From Sphingomonadales bacterium (GTDB lineage Bacteria > Pseudomonadota > Alphaproteobacteria > Sphingomonadales > Sphingomonadaceae), in assembly GCA_038211965.1 (NCBI GenBank), contig JBBQVB010000001.1:29361-93360 (forward strand): a stretch of 64,000 nucleotides of DNA, in the 5' to 3' direction. Positions 49,718 through 59,125 of the stretch are shown here, piece after piece. The first letter of the stretch is position 1. Each line of letters starts with the position of its first letter. The position numbers and the translations under genes were made by a program. The notes beneath the pieces were generated by a model. That model did not search any database. It had not been told where the DNA came from and was given only the letters and a program-made list of their open reading frames with translations.

Positions 49718-50416
49718 TTAGCCGAGCCGTAGCCGACCCTTGGGGCCGGCAACGACGACGGCAATCCGTGCCGCGCCGGCGGCGACCCGCAGCGCGACGC
49801 CCAGTGCAGCGAACTGGCGCGTCGTTGCGGCGGCGTTCGGGAGCGTGACATCGAGCCGGTCGAGATGCAGCCCGGGCGGCGCGGTCGTGCCGGGATGTCG
49901 CCCCCGCCGCCATTCGATCAGGAAGAAGCCCTTGTCGTCGTCGGGGTTGAGATCGAACGTCGTCCATTCGAGCATCTCACCGTCGGCGGCGGTGCGGCTG
50001 CCAGGTTGCGGCGCGCCGCCGGGGGCGACCGCGCCCAGCTTGCTGACGGCCGCCGCAATGCCGCCCGGTGCAGCGAGCGCGACCGCGAGCGGCGTCGCCT
50101 CCCGCAGCGCCCTGAGTTGGGCGGGAAAGCCGTCGCGCTGCGCGGCAGGGGCATCGGGATCGGCGGCGATCAGTTCGAGATAAGCGCGCGAACCGAGGCT
50201 CGCGAGCGCGTCATGGGTGCCGAGCCCAGGGTGCCGGCCGCCGGCCGCCGGGCGAACACCGGTTGCGGCCATTACCAGATCACAGGCGGCAGCGAGGTCT
50301 GCGACGCCGACCATGACGTGATCGACCGCCGTCGCAGCGTCGGCATGACCGCTCTTGAAGCCGGTCAACGCGACCGCGCCCAGGGTCGCGAGACCCTCCC
50401 GCCGTGTCCAGCGCAT
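49718..50416 (-). CDS. Glyoxalase-like (VOC) domain protein with a Tat-like signal.
   Basis: MRWTRREGLATLGAVALTG, then DHVMVGVADLAAACD. The start was chosen at M12 of the ORF. Confidence 0.5.
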   Translation of the reverse strand: MRWTRREGLATLGAVALTGFKSGHADAATAVDHVMVGVADLAAACDLVMAATGVRPAAGGRHPGLGTHDALASLGSRAYLELIAADPDAPAAQRDGFPAQLRALREATPLAVALAAPGGIAAAVSKLGAVAPGGAPQPGSRTAADGEMLEWTTFDLNPDDDKGFFLIEWRRGRHPGTTAPPGLHLDRLDVTLPNAAATTRQFAALGVALRVAAGAARIAVVVAGPKGRLRLG

Positions 50417-50528
50417 CGCGTCTCTGCTCTCCGTTTCACCTGACACCATCAGTTATTCCTTTCGGCGAAGCAACCTTTTGCCGGTCGAGCTGTTGATCGC
50501 GCGCTATATCCCAACAGGAGTTTGTTAC

Positions 50529-50873
50529 ATGGCCGAGTTCGAAACCACCCGCGATGCTGCCGGAAACCCCGTCGTCGTCGAACGTCGTTCCAACAACATG
50601 GGCTGGCTCGTCGCCTTGCTGATCGTCGTCGCGCTGGTCGTCGCGGCCTTCGCCTTCGGCCTGATCGACATCGGCCAGACGAAGGGGGCCAAGCTGCCCG
50701 AAGTCAGCGTCAGCGGTGGTCAGGCCCCGGCGTTCGATGTCAACACCGCCAAGGTCGACCTGGGCACCAAGGAGACGACCGTCGACGTTCCGACCGTCGG
50801 TACCAAGGAAGAGACGATCAAGGTCCCGACGATGAGCGTCGAGAAGGCCGACAAGGTCGACGAGAAGAAGTAA
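50529..50873 (+). CDS. Hypothetical single-pass membrane protein with short GTKE-T-x-VPT repeats.
   Basis: ATG at 50529. TM segment WLVALLIVVALVVAAFAFGLI. Repeats DLGTKETTVDVPT and VGTKEETIKVPT. Confidence 0.5.
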   Translation: MAEFETTRDAAGNPVVVERRSNNMGWLVALLIVVALVVAAFAFGLIDIGQTKGAKLPEVSVSGGQAPAFDVNTAKVDLGTKETTVDVPTVGTKEETIKVPTMSVEKADKVDEKK

Positions 50874-51046
50874 TGCCGGTGCTGCAGATCATTGCAGCAC
50901 TCCTGGTGCCGCCGCTCGGGGTCTTCCTGGCGCGCGGCATCGGGAGCGAATTCTGGATCAGTCTGCCGCTGACCATTCTCGCGTTCCTGACGGGGATGAT
51001 CTACGCGCTCTACATCGTCGCGACGACCGGGCGCACCGCGACCTGA
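50873..51046 (+). CDS. YqaE/Pmp3-family small membrane proteolipid (57 aa).
   Basis: MPVLQIIAALLVPPLGVFLARGIGSEFWISLPLTILAFLTGMIYALYIV. The ATG overlaps the upstream TAA (TAATG). Confidence 0.7.
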   Translation: MPVLQIIAALLVPPLGVFLARGIGSEFWISLPLTILAFLTGMIYALYIVATTGRTAT

Positions 51047-51090
51047 CGCATCGGGATGACATTTGCGGTGCGGCATGTCACCCGCATCGC

Positions 51091-51549
51091 ATGTCCGCGT
51101 TTCCCGACTCTCCCGGCATGGCGCGGGCCTTCGTCGAGGCGCACAAGGCCGGTGCGCGCGGCGAGGTTCCCATCGGTGCGGCGATCGTCGCCCCTGATGG
51201 CTGGATCGTGGCGAGTGCGGGCAATCGCACGCGCGAGGACCATGATCCGACCGCCCATGCCGAGATTCTCGCCATCCGGGCCGCCTGTGCGGTGCAAGGG
51301 TCGGAACGTCTGCCGGGGCATTCGCTCTACGTCACGCTCGAACCCTGCGCGATGTGCGCGACGGCGATCGGTTTTGCGCGCCTCGGCCGATTGTATTTCG
51401 GCGCGAGCGATCCGAAGGGCGGCGGCGTCGAGCACGGCGCGCGCGTCTTCACGCATGCAACATGTCATCATGTGCCGCAGATCTATGGCGGAATTGGCGA
51501 GAGTGCGGCGGTGGCGCTGCTGCGCGACTTCTTCGCGGCACGGCGCTAG
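51091..51549 (+). CDS. tadA: tRNA-specific adenosine deaminase.
   Basis: HAEILAIRAA and LYVTLEPCAMCATAI (CDA zinc motifs H-A-E and PC-x2-C). Confidence 0.85.
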   Translation: MSAFPDSPGMARAFVEAHKAGARGEVPIGAAIVAPDGWIVASAGNRTREDHDPTAHAEILAIRAACAVQGSERLPGHSLYVTLEPCAMCATAIGFARLGRLYFGASDPKGGGVEHGARVFTHATCHHVPQIYGGIGESAAVALLRDFFAARR

Positions 51550-51552
51550 GCG

Positions 51553-51969
51553 TTACTGGACGTCGACGAGCTCGACGTCGAAGATCAGCGTCGCATTCGG
51601 CGGAATGACGCCGCCCGCACCGGTCTCGCCGTAGCCCATTTCAGGCGGCACGGTCAGCGTGCGCTTGCCGCCGACCTTCATGCCCGCGACACCTTCGTCC
51701 CAGCCCGCGATGACGCGCCCGGCGCCGAGCGGAAAGCGAAACTTGCCGTCGCCGCGATCGAGCGACGAATCGAACTTCGCGCCGCGCTTGCCGCCGTCGG
51801 CGAGCCAGCCGGTGTAGCGCACCGTCACTTGCGTGCCGGGCGTCGCGACCGCGCCGGTGCCGACGTGAACCTCGACGATGCCGAGGCCCTGCGGGGTGGC
51901 AGGTGCAGTCGTCTGTGCCGCAAGCGGGGCGGCGGCGAGGCCAAGCGCCATTATAAGTTTCCTGAACAT
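51553..51969 (-). CDS. FKBP-type peptidyl-prolyl cis-trans isomerase, secreted.
   Basis: VTVRYTGWLADG..FDSS......FPLGAGRVIAGWDEGVAGMKVGGKRTLTVPPEMGYG. Confidence 0.85.
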   Translation of the reverse strand: MFRKLIMALGLAAAPLAAQTTAPATPQGLGIVEVHVGTGAVATPGTQVTVRYTGWLADGGKRGAKFDSSLDRGDGKFRFPLGAGRVIAGWDEGVAGMKVGGKRTLTVPPEMGYGETGAGGVIPPNATLIFDVELVDVQ

Positions 51970-51998
51970 GGCGGTCGCTATAGCTGCGGTCGGCGAAC

Positions 51999-52916
51999 TT
52001 AGGAATAGTGCGCCAGCCGCAGCCCGGCGCGCGGCCACCGGCATTTCGCCAGTCGGCCCGTCGTCGACAGGCAGACCCAGGCGTCCATCATGTCGTCGCC
52101 GCCGAAGGCGATGTTGGTGGTCAACAGATCGGGGAAGTCGAAGAATTCCTGCGCGCCGGTCGCGGGATCGACGCTGCAGATACCGGGGCGCTCGACGAGC
52201 GTCGCCTGCGCGATGTTGCCATTCGCCTCGACGGCGAGACTGTCGAGCAGGATGCGACCCGGCCAGCTCGTCACGACACGCCCCGGCAGCGCGGGCAGCG
52301 GCGACGGCGCGACGTCGCCCGGATCGGTCACATCCCAGGCCAGCAGTAGCCTCTCCTGCGTGTGCGCGGCATAGACGGTGCGCCCATCGGGCGACAAACC
52401 AACACCGTTGAGATTGGGCCCGCGCACCGCGCAGACGATGCGGCTGCCGTCGGCACGCGCGTAGAACAGCCCGCCGTGGCTGGTGTGGCCGGGAAAACGC
52501 TTGCCGAGGTCAGTGAACCAGAACCCACCGTTTGCGTCGAAGACGATGTCGTTGGGACCCGACAGCGGGATGCCGTCGCAGCTGTCATAGACCCGCTCGA
52601 CCGCGCCCGTCGCAAGGTCGATGCGCTCGATGCGGCCTGTCGTGTAATCACGCGCCGCGCCGCCGGGCAGCGACAGGTCGCCCATGTCGCTCCATTCGAA
52701 GCCGCCGTTGTTGCAGACATACAGCGCGCCGTCGGGGCCGATCGCGGCACCGTTGGGGCCACCACCGGGGGTCGCGACGACCTCGACCCGCCCGTCGGGG
52801 CGGACGCGCGAAATGCGCCCGGCGCGGATTTCGACGACCACGACCGAGCCGTCGGCCATCCACACCGGCCCCTCGGGGAAGGCTAGGCCCTCGGCGACGA
52901 TGTCGTGCGAATACAT
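51999..52916 (-). CDS. SMP-30/gluconolactonase/LRE-family beta-propeller protein.
   Basis: EGLAFPEGPVWMADGS, GGPNGAAIGPDGALYVCNNGG, PNDIVFDANGGFWFTD and LNGVGLSPDG. Confidence 0.8.
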   Translation of the reverse strand: MYSHDIVAEGLAFPEGPVWMADGSVVVVEIRAGRISRVRPDGRVEVVATPGGGPNGAAIGPDGALYVCNNGGFEWSDMGDLSLPGGAARDYTTGRIERIDLATGAVERVYDSCDGIPLSGPNDIVFDANGGFWFTDLGKRFPGHTSHGGLFYARADGSRIVCAVRGPNLNGVGLSPDGRTVYAAHTQERLLLAWDVTDPGDVAPSPLPALPGRVVTSWPGRILLDSLAVEANGNIAQATLVERPGICSVDPATGAQEFFDFPDLLTTNIAFGGDDMMDAWVCLSTTGRLAKCRWPRAGLRLAHYS

Positions 52917-52981
52917 GCGCGTTCCCTCCCCGGTGTTTCGCGCACCTTGCCGCGTCGCGGGGCGGCGGGAAAGCGCCGCGT

Positions 52982-53092
52982 TCAGCTCGGCTTGATCGTC
53001 CCCTTGGTCGACGGATTGGCGGCGATGGTCTTGACCTTTGCCGCCTTGGGTTTGCGCGTTTCCTTGCCGGGTTTCGATGCGCCCTTGGCCAT
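52982..53092 (-). CDS. Unannotated 36-aa Lys-rich small protein.
   Basis: MAKGASKPGKETRKPKAAKVKTIAANPSTKGTIKPS*. The ATG at 53092 has AAGGAGA 7 nt upstream. An in-frame ATG two codons further upstream (53098) abuts the SD. Confidence 0.45.
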   Translation of the reverse strand: MAKGASKPGKETRKPKAAKVKTIAANPSTKGTIKPS

Positions 53093-53130
53093 ATTCATTC
53101 TCCTTGCCGGTTCGTGACTATCGCTGCCGC

Positions 53131-54153
53131 TTACCCGGCTTGGCAAGTCCCCGCGAGCCGGTCGATGGCGGCGACCATCGCGGCGGGCGCGCTGTGGTGA
53201 ACCATATGGCCGATCCCCGGCAGGAGGCTGAGCTGTGCACCCGGCAGTCGTTTGGCGAGGACCATCGATTGGCTCGCTGGATCGACGATCCGGTCGCTGT
53301 CGCCGGCGACGATCGCCACCGGCACCGCGATGTCCGCATAGCGGGCGGCCATGGCGGTAGCGGCGGGGTTCATCGCGGCGGTATCGGCGGCACTGGCGTC
53401 GAGCTGCGACCGGCGCAGCGCAAGGTCGGCGGGGAAGCCGGCCAGCCACGCGGGCGTTGGCGCATTGGGGGCGAACAGCTTTGCCGCGACGCTCGGGCCG
53501 AGCATCCGGCCAAGGCCGCCCGCCATCGACGCGCGCAGCGCCGCGCCGACACCGGGCAAGGCACCGAGGCTGTTGTCGATCGCGAGTTGGGTCGAGGGGA
53601 AATAGAAGCCCGAAACGAGCACCAGCCCGAAAAGCGCGTGCGGGTGATCGAGTGCCCAGGCGGCAGCGACCATCGCCCCCCAGCTGTGGCCGACGACGAG
53701 CGGCTTCTCGGCCTTGAGCCGCGCCGCCGCCGCAACCAGCAGCGTCGCCTGCGCGGCGGGCGACCAGTCGCGCCGCGCTGGGCGCGCCGAATGGCCGAAA
53801 CCGGGGCGGTCGAACAGGATGACGCGGTAGCGCTGGCTCAGCGTCGCGACGATGTCGCTCAGCGCGAAATCCTCGATCATCGCGCCGTTGCCGTGGATCA
53901 GCACGAGCGGCCGGCCGCGCCCGTGGATCGCGTAGCGCAGCCGCACGCCCTCCACGGTGACGAAGCGGTTGCGAGGCTGCGCCGAACGCGGTTTGCGCCC
54001 GCGCGCCGCCTTGGCCTTGGCAGGGGGCTTGGCGGGGGTCGCAATACGCTTCAGCGTCGCGCGGGTCCGCACCAGCGACCGCGTCGTCAGCTTTGCGGAG
54101 CGTCGCCAGTCGGCCAACGCGCGTGTGAAGCTAAAGCCTGCCAATCGGCGCAC
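53131..54153 (-). CDS. Alpha/beta-fold hydrolase.
   Basis: PLVLIHGNG and the nucleophile elbow VVGHSWGAMVA. The ATG at 54153 gives a ~65-aa basic K/P/A-rich N-terminal extension. An internal GTG (~53960) is an alternative start. Confidence 0.75.
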   Translation of the reverse strand: MRRLAGFSFTRALADWRRSAKLTTRSLVRTRATLKRIATPAKPPAKAKAARGRKPRSAQPRNRFVTVEGVRLRYAIHGRGRPLVLIHGNGAMIEDFALSDIVATLSQRYRVILFDRPGFGHSARPARRDWSPAAQATLLVAAAARLKAEKPLVVGHSWGAMVAAAWALDHPHALFGLVLVSGFYFPSTQLAIDNSLGALPGVGAALRASMAGGLGRMLGPSVAAKLFAPNAPTPAWLAGFPADLALRRSQLDASAADTAAMNPAATAMAARYADIAVPVAIVAGDSDRIVDPASQSMVLAKRLPGAQLSLLPGIGHMVHHSAPAAMVAAIDRLAGTCQAG

Positions 54154-54232
54154 TCCGCCGGGGTCGCTCCGGCAGATCTATTGTGCACTGCAGCATCGAT
54201 TCGCGGCAAGCCGCGCTCGGGGGATTGTTTCC

Positions 54233-54526
54233 CTAGTGAAGCAACTGCCCGCGCCGCGCGCCCGTGCGGAAAGCATGGAGCAGCTTGAGAATCGCCACAG
54301 CACGGTTCGACAGCCCGCCGCGCGCGCGCAGCTCGTCGGGGTCGCTGGCGAGGATCATATCGACATCGCCGAACTCGGCGAGGAGCTGCGCGGCGACCGG
54401 CGCGACCTGGCATTGGCCCGCGAAGCCGAGCGCGAAGCTGAGCAGGTCATCGTCGGCGATATCGGCATCGTGGGGCTCGTTGCCGGACAGCGTCCGCGCC
54501 CCGACCGGAAATTGTGCAACGCTCAT
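54233..54526 (-). CDS. RadC-like N-terminal (helix-hairpin-helix) fragment lacking the JAB/MPN domain; possibly a gene remnant.
   Basis: LLSFALGFAG...AAQLLAEFGDVDMILASDPDELRARGGLSNRAVAILKLLHAF resembles a RadC N-terminus. The ORF is only 97 aa and I saw no JAB motif downstream. Confidence 0.4.
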   Translation of the reverse strand: MSVAQFPVGARTLSGNEPHDADIADDDLLSFALGFAGQCQVAPVAAQLLAEFGDVDMILASDPDELRARGGLSNRAVAILKLLHAFRTGARRGQLLH

Positions 54527-54624
54527 CTTCGGCCCCCCGGCGCCCCCTGTGTATAACATGCGCCAGACGCGCCATTTTGCAAGCGCAAAGGCGGGCGTCG
54601 GCGAAACAATCGGGCCTGAAACGG

Positions 54625-56211
54625 TCACCCGATGAGGCGGATCAGCGTCGCAATCGTGTCGGCTTCGGCGGCGGGTTTGTCGCTCCGGATGCGCGACACG
54701 CGCGGAAAGCGCATTGCGATGCCCGATTTGTGACGCGTCGAGCGGTGCAGCGAATCGAACGCGACTTCGAGCACCAGCGCTTTCTCGACCTCGCGCACCG
54801 GGCCGAACCGCCCTGTGGTGTGCGCGCGCACCCAGCGGTCGAGCCAGCCGAGCTCGACATCGGTGAAGCCGCTGTAGGCCTTGCCGACGGGCAACAGCGT
54901 GCCGTCCTCGGTCCAGCAGCCGAAAGTATAGTCCGAATAGAAGCTCGAGCGTTTGCCGTGGCCGCGCTGGGCGTACATCATCACGCAATCGGCGACCAAG
55001 GGATCGCGCTTCCATTTGTACCACAGTCCGGTGCGCCGCCCCGCGACATAGGCCGAGTCGCGGCGCTTGAGCATCAGGCCCTCGATGGCGGCATCGCGCG
55101 CGCCGTCGCGCAAGCGCTCGAGCGCGGGGAAGTCGGGGGCCACGATCACCGTCGACAGGTCGAAGCGTGCCGCGTCGAGACTCGGGACGAGGGCTTCGAG
55201 GCGCGCGCGGCGTTCGGACCACGGCAGCGCGCGCAAATCTTCGGGCCCGTCGAACAAGATGTCGTAGAGGCGTACGAACGCGGGGAATTCGGCGATTGCC
55301 TTGGCCGTCACGCGCTTGCGGCCGAGGCGCTGCTGGAGCGCGTTGAAGCTCGCCGCGCCGTCGTGTTCGACCCCGCCACCTTGCGCCTCACCGCGCACGA
55401 GCAGTTCGCCGTCGAGGACGCACGGCGTCGTGAACGCGGCTGCCACCTCGGGAAAGCTGCCGGTGATGTCGTCACCCGTGCGGCTGAACAGCTTGGTGAC
55501 GCCCGCGACATGGACGAGCTGGACGCGGATGCCGTCCCATTTCCACTCGGCGGCATAGTCGGCGAGGTCGAGCTTCAGATCCTCGAGCGGATGCGCGAGC
55601 ATGAACGGGCGGAAGGTGGCGACGTCCTGCGCGGTCGGCTGCACGCCGCCGCCGACCCACGCGAACAGTTCGGGGTAGGGCGCCGCGATGCCGTGCCAGA
55701 CCTCCTCGACCGCCTCGACCTCGACGCCGAAGCCCTGCGCGAAGGCGGTCTTTGCCAGCCGCGCCGAAATGCCGATGCGCAGCGCACCCGTCGCCAGCTT
55801 GAGCAACGCATAGCGCGCCTGCGCGTCGAGCCGGTCCATCAACTCGGCCATGACCTTCGGCGCATCGGCGCGCGCGAGGCCGTGCAGCCGGTCGACGACC
55901 TCGGCAAGCGACGGCGGGGGGCGCGTCTCGGGAACCGGGGGATCGGGCCACAGCAGCCCGACGGTCTCGGCGAGATCGCCGACATAGTCGTAGCTCATGT
56001 TGAACAGCACGGGATCGACGCGGTCCTCGATCAGCGTGCGGATCAGCTTGGGCTGCACCGCCTTGAGGTCGAGCCCGCCGGTCAGCGCCGCCAACGCCCA
56101 GCCGCGATCGGGGTCGGGGGTGGCGCGCAGATAATCGCCGATCAGCCGCAGCTTGGCGTTGCGCGACCGCGTGTAGAGCAGGGCATCGAGGAGCGCGGCG
56201 AAACCTTGCAT
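54625..56211 (-). CDS. ATP-dependent DNA ligase (alphaproteobacterial 'cisplatin damage response' / LigC-like type).
   Basis: AEWKWDGIRVQLV contains the adenylation KxDG lysine. Also LDGELLV, EGLMLKRRDSAY and WYKWK. Confidence 0.85.
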   Translation of the reverse strand: MQGFAALLDALLYTRSRNAKLRLIGDYLRATPDPDRGWALAALTGGLDLKAVQPKLIRTLIEDRVDPVLFNMSYDYVGDLAETVGLLWPDPPVPETRPPPSLAEVVDRLHGLARADAPKVMAELMDRLDAQARYALLKLATGALRIGISARLAKTAFAQGFGVEVEAVEEVWHGIAAPYPELFAWVGGGVQPTAQDVATFRPFMLAHPLEDLKLDLADYAAEWKWDGIRVQLVHVAGVTKLFSRTGDDITGSFPEVAAAFTTPCVLDGELLVRGEAQGGGVEHDGAASFNALQQRLGRKRVTAKAIAEFPAFVRLYDILFDGPEDLRALPWSERRARLEALVPSLDAARFDLSTVIVAPDFPALERLRDGARDAAIEGLMLKRRDSAYVAGRRTGLWYKWKRDPLVADCVMMYAQRGHGKRSSFYSDYTFGCWTEDGTLLPVGKAYSGFTDVELGWLDRWVRAHTTGRFGPVREVEKALVLEVAFDSLHRSTRHKSGIAMRFPRVSRIRSDKPAAEADTIATLIRLIG

Positions 56212-56357
56212 CGGGAGGCGTAACGTAGCGCGCGGCGGGTCGGCAGCAAGGGAGGGCTTTCACGCCTCTCCAGGATTTACCGGCCTGCGAGCAGAGTCGC
56301 GCGCGGGATGCCGTGCCCGCGATGACGCGCTAGTCTCCGCCAGCTGAGGTACGCGCT

Positions 56358-57749
56358 ATGGACTTCGAGATCGGCGTCCCCATCCTGATCGTCGGCGGCG
56401 GGGCGTGCGGTGCGGTCGCGGCGCTCGCGGCGCACGACTTGGGCGTCGCGCCGCTGGTCATCGAGCAGGATGCCGACCCGGCAGGCTCGACCGCGATGTC
56501 GCAGGGGCTGATCGCGGCGGCAGGGACCAAGTCGCAGGTGGCGCGCGGGGTCGTCGACAGCGGCGCGATCTTCGAGGCCGATATTCTCGCCAAGACCAAC
56601 GGGCTGACCGACCCGGTGCTGGCGCATGCCGTCGCATTCGAGTCGGGGCCGACGCTCGACTGGCTGGTCGAAGCGCACGGGCTGCCTTGGGAACTCGATA
56701 CCGCCTTCCGCGCGGCGTACGGCAATAGTCGCCAGCGCGTCCACGGCTGGCCGGGGCATGGCGGCAGCGACCTGATCCGGCTGCTCCACCGCAAGCTCGC
56801 CGACCTCGGCATCGACGTGTTGACCGAGGCGCGGCTGGTCGAGATCATCGCCGACACCGACGGGCGGGCGTTGGGTGTCGAGATCGAGCGGCCCGGGGGC
56901 GCGCGCGAGCGCATCGGCTGCGACACGCTGATCTTCGCCAACGGCGGTTTCGCGGACAATGCGGCGATGGTCGCGGCACACATGCCCGAGGCGGCGGCGG
57001 CGCGGCACAACGGGCATCCGGGCAATCGCGGCGACGCGGCGCGGCTCGGTGCGCGGCTCGGCGGTGCGCTCGCCGACATGGGCAGCTATCAGGGCTATGG
57101 CATGCTCACCGATCCGCAGGGCATCACCGTGCCGCCGGGGGTGATCCTCGAGGGCGGCATCATCGTCAACGTGGCCGGCGCGCGCTTCACCGACGAGACC
57201 GACGACATCGGCGGCATGGTGCATCCGGTGCTGGCGCAGCCAGGGGGCCATTGCTGGGTCGTCTACGACGCGGGCATCGAGGCGCGCTGCGCGCACATTC
57301 CCGAAGTGCGCGCGTTGCTCGACCTCGCGGCGGCGCGCCACGGCGACACGCTCGAGGCGTTGGCGGCACGGCTGGCGGTCCCGGCCGAGGCGCTCACGGC
57401 GACGCTCGATGCGGCGCGCGCGGCGCAGGCGGCGGGGTGCGCCGACGCCTTCGGACGCGTCTGGGGGGCCGACCTGCCGCCTGCCGCGCCGTTCCGTGCG
57501 CTCAAGGTCGTCGGCGCGCTGTACCACACGCAGGGCGGCTTGCAGATCGACGCCGACGCGCGGGTACTGCGGGCCGACGGCAGCGGTCTGCCCAATGTCT
57601 TTGCCGGTGGCGGCGCGGCACGCGGCCTGTCGGGGCCGTCGTCATGGGGCTATCTGCCGGCAATGGGGCTGTGCGCGGCGGTGACACTCGGGCGCATCGC
57701 GGGGCGGTCGGCGGCGCGTCAAATGCTCTCGTCGGGGTACACGCGGTAG
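56358..57749 (+). CDS. FAD-binding flavoprotein of the fumarate reductase/succinate dehydrogenase flavoprotein-like family.
   Basis: ILIVGGGACGAVAALAA (dinucleotide fold) and LYHTQGGLQIDADARVL...NVFAGGGAA. ATG after GAGG. Confidence 0.7.
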   Translation: MDFEIGVPILIVGGGACGAVAALAAHDLGVAPLVIEQDADPAGSTAMSQGLIAAAGTKSQVARGVVDSGAIFEADILAKTNGLTDPVLAHAVAFESGPTLDWLVEAHGLPWELDTAFRAAYGNSRQRVHGWPGHGGSDLIRLLHRKLADLGIDVLTEARLVEIIADTDGRALGVEIERPGGARERIGCDTLIFANGGFADNAAMVAAHMPEAAAARHNGHPGNRGDAARLGARLGGALADMGSYQGYGMLTDPQGITVPPGVILEGGIIVNVAGARFTDETDDIGGMVHPVLAQPGGHCWVVYDAGIEARCAHIPEVRALLDLAAARHGDTLEALAARLAVPAEALTATLDAARAAQAAGCADAFGRVWGADLPPAAPFRALKVVGALYHTQGGLQIDADARVLRADGSGLPNVFAGGGAARGLSGPSSWGYLPAMGLCAAVTLGRIAGRSAARQMLSSGYTR

Positions 57750-58957
57750 CGCCCAAGCAGCAGCAGCGCCGCCGCACTGGCCAGGAGCGCCGCAAACGCC
57801 CCGTACAGCGCGACGCGGTAGCTTCCGGTGCTGTCATAGGCCCAGCCAAACAGCAGCGGCCCCAGCCCCGCCCCCAGCGCAAAGGCGACGTAGAGCACAC
57901 CGTAGATCGCGCTGTAGCTCCGCAGCCCGAAATAGCGCGCGACGAAGAACGCCATCAGATCGTACTCGACGCCTAGCGCGAAGCCGATCAGCAGGATTCC
58001 CGCCGCCGCCTGCCCGAACTCGAGCGTCGGCTGTGCGAGCAGCCAGCACGAGATGCCGGGCAGGCTGAGGATGACGAAGCCCACCGCCGGACCCCAGAAG
58101 CGGTCGAGCAGCCACCCCCCGACGATCCGCCCGGTCAGCGCCGACAGGCCGATCAGCGGCGTCAGGCGCAGCACGTCGCCAGGCGTGACGCCGCCGTGCG
58201 TGAGGATGTTCTCCATGTTGGGCACCGGCCCGCCGAGCGCCAGCGACACCGGCAGCAGCGCGCCCGCGAGCAGCCAGAAGCGCCAGTCGCGGAACGCCTG
58301 CCTCAGCGTCAGCCCGCCCGGCTGGAGCGCGGCGCGCGTCGCTGCCTGTGGGTGCGCCGTGTCGGTATCGCGGAACAGCGCGAACGCCACCGGCCATGCG
58401 ATCAGCAGCGGCAGCAGCCCGAGCCCGACATACGCCGCGCGCCACCCCCAGCCGCCGATCAGCCACGCCGTCAGCGGCTTCGACACGACGCCGAATACCC
58501 CCGTCCCCATCAACGCGATGCCGAGCGCCAGCCCCTTGCGCGCGTCGAACCACGCATTGACCGCGCGCGTCCACGTGATCGGCAGCGTGCCTGCACCGAG
58601 GATCGCGATCGCCGCCCACGTCAGGTAGAATTGCATCAACGAAGCAGTCGACAGCGCCAGCGACATGAAGGCGAGCGAGAACAGCACGAGCGAGGTCAGC
58701 GCCACCCGCCGCGCGCCGAAACGCACCGCGAGCATGCCCACCACCGGTCCCGCCCACAGCGTCATCAGCGACGTCACCGTGATCGCCGCCATGATCTGGC
58801 TGATCGACCAGCCGAACGCCTTGGTCAGCTGCGGCGCGAACACCCCCATGGTGTAGAAGGGCAACGGCGACAGCCCGAGGCCGATGCCGAGCAGCGACGC
58901 CAGCACGACCGTCCAGCCGCGCCGGAACTCGCCGTAGCCGCGCGCTGCGTCCGCCAT
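57719..58957 (-). CDS. MFS transporter.
   Basis: Twelve-helix hydrophobic profile. Its convergent 3' end overlaps the upstream flavoprotein gene by ~31 nt. Confidence 0.75.
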   Translation of the reverse strand: MADAARGYGEFRRGWTVVLASLLGIGLGLSPLPFYTMGVFAPQLTKAFGWSISQIMAAITVTSLMTLWAGPVVGMLAVRFGARRVALTSLVLFSLAFMSLALSTASLMQFYLTWAAIAILGAGTLPITWTRAVNAWFDARKGLALGIALMGTGVFGVVSKPLTAWLIGGWGWRAAYVGLGLLPLLIAWPVAFALFRDTDTAHPQAATRAALQPGGLTLRQAFRDWRFWLLAGALLPVSLALGGPVPNMENILTHGGVTPGDVLRLTPLIGLSALTGRIVGGWLLDRFWGPAVGFVILSLPGISCWLLAQPTLEFGQAAAGILLIGFALGVEYDLMAFFVARYFGLRSYSAIYGVLYVAFALGAGLGPLLFGWAYDSTGSYRVALYGAFAALLASAAALLLLGRYRVYPDESI

Positions 58958-59125
58958 CGCTGTCTCCTTGTGTCTTCGCGTCGCTGACGAGCGGGCCGCA
59001 GCGCCGATCGGAGGACAAGCGGCAGCCGCTACGCATCCGAGAGGCGGATAGTCGCGCGCGTCGGTTTCGCTTGGCAGGCCGGAGGCGTATCAGCGCCGCA
59101 AGCGATCCCCAGGCGGAGCCGAGCG

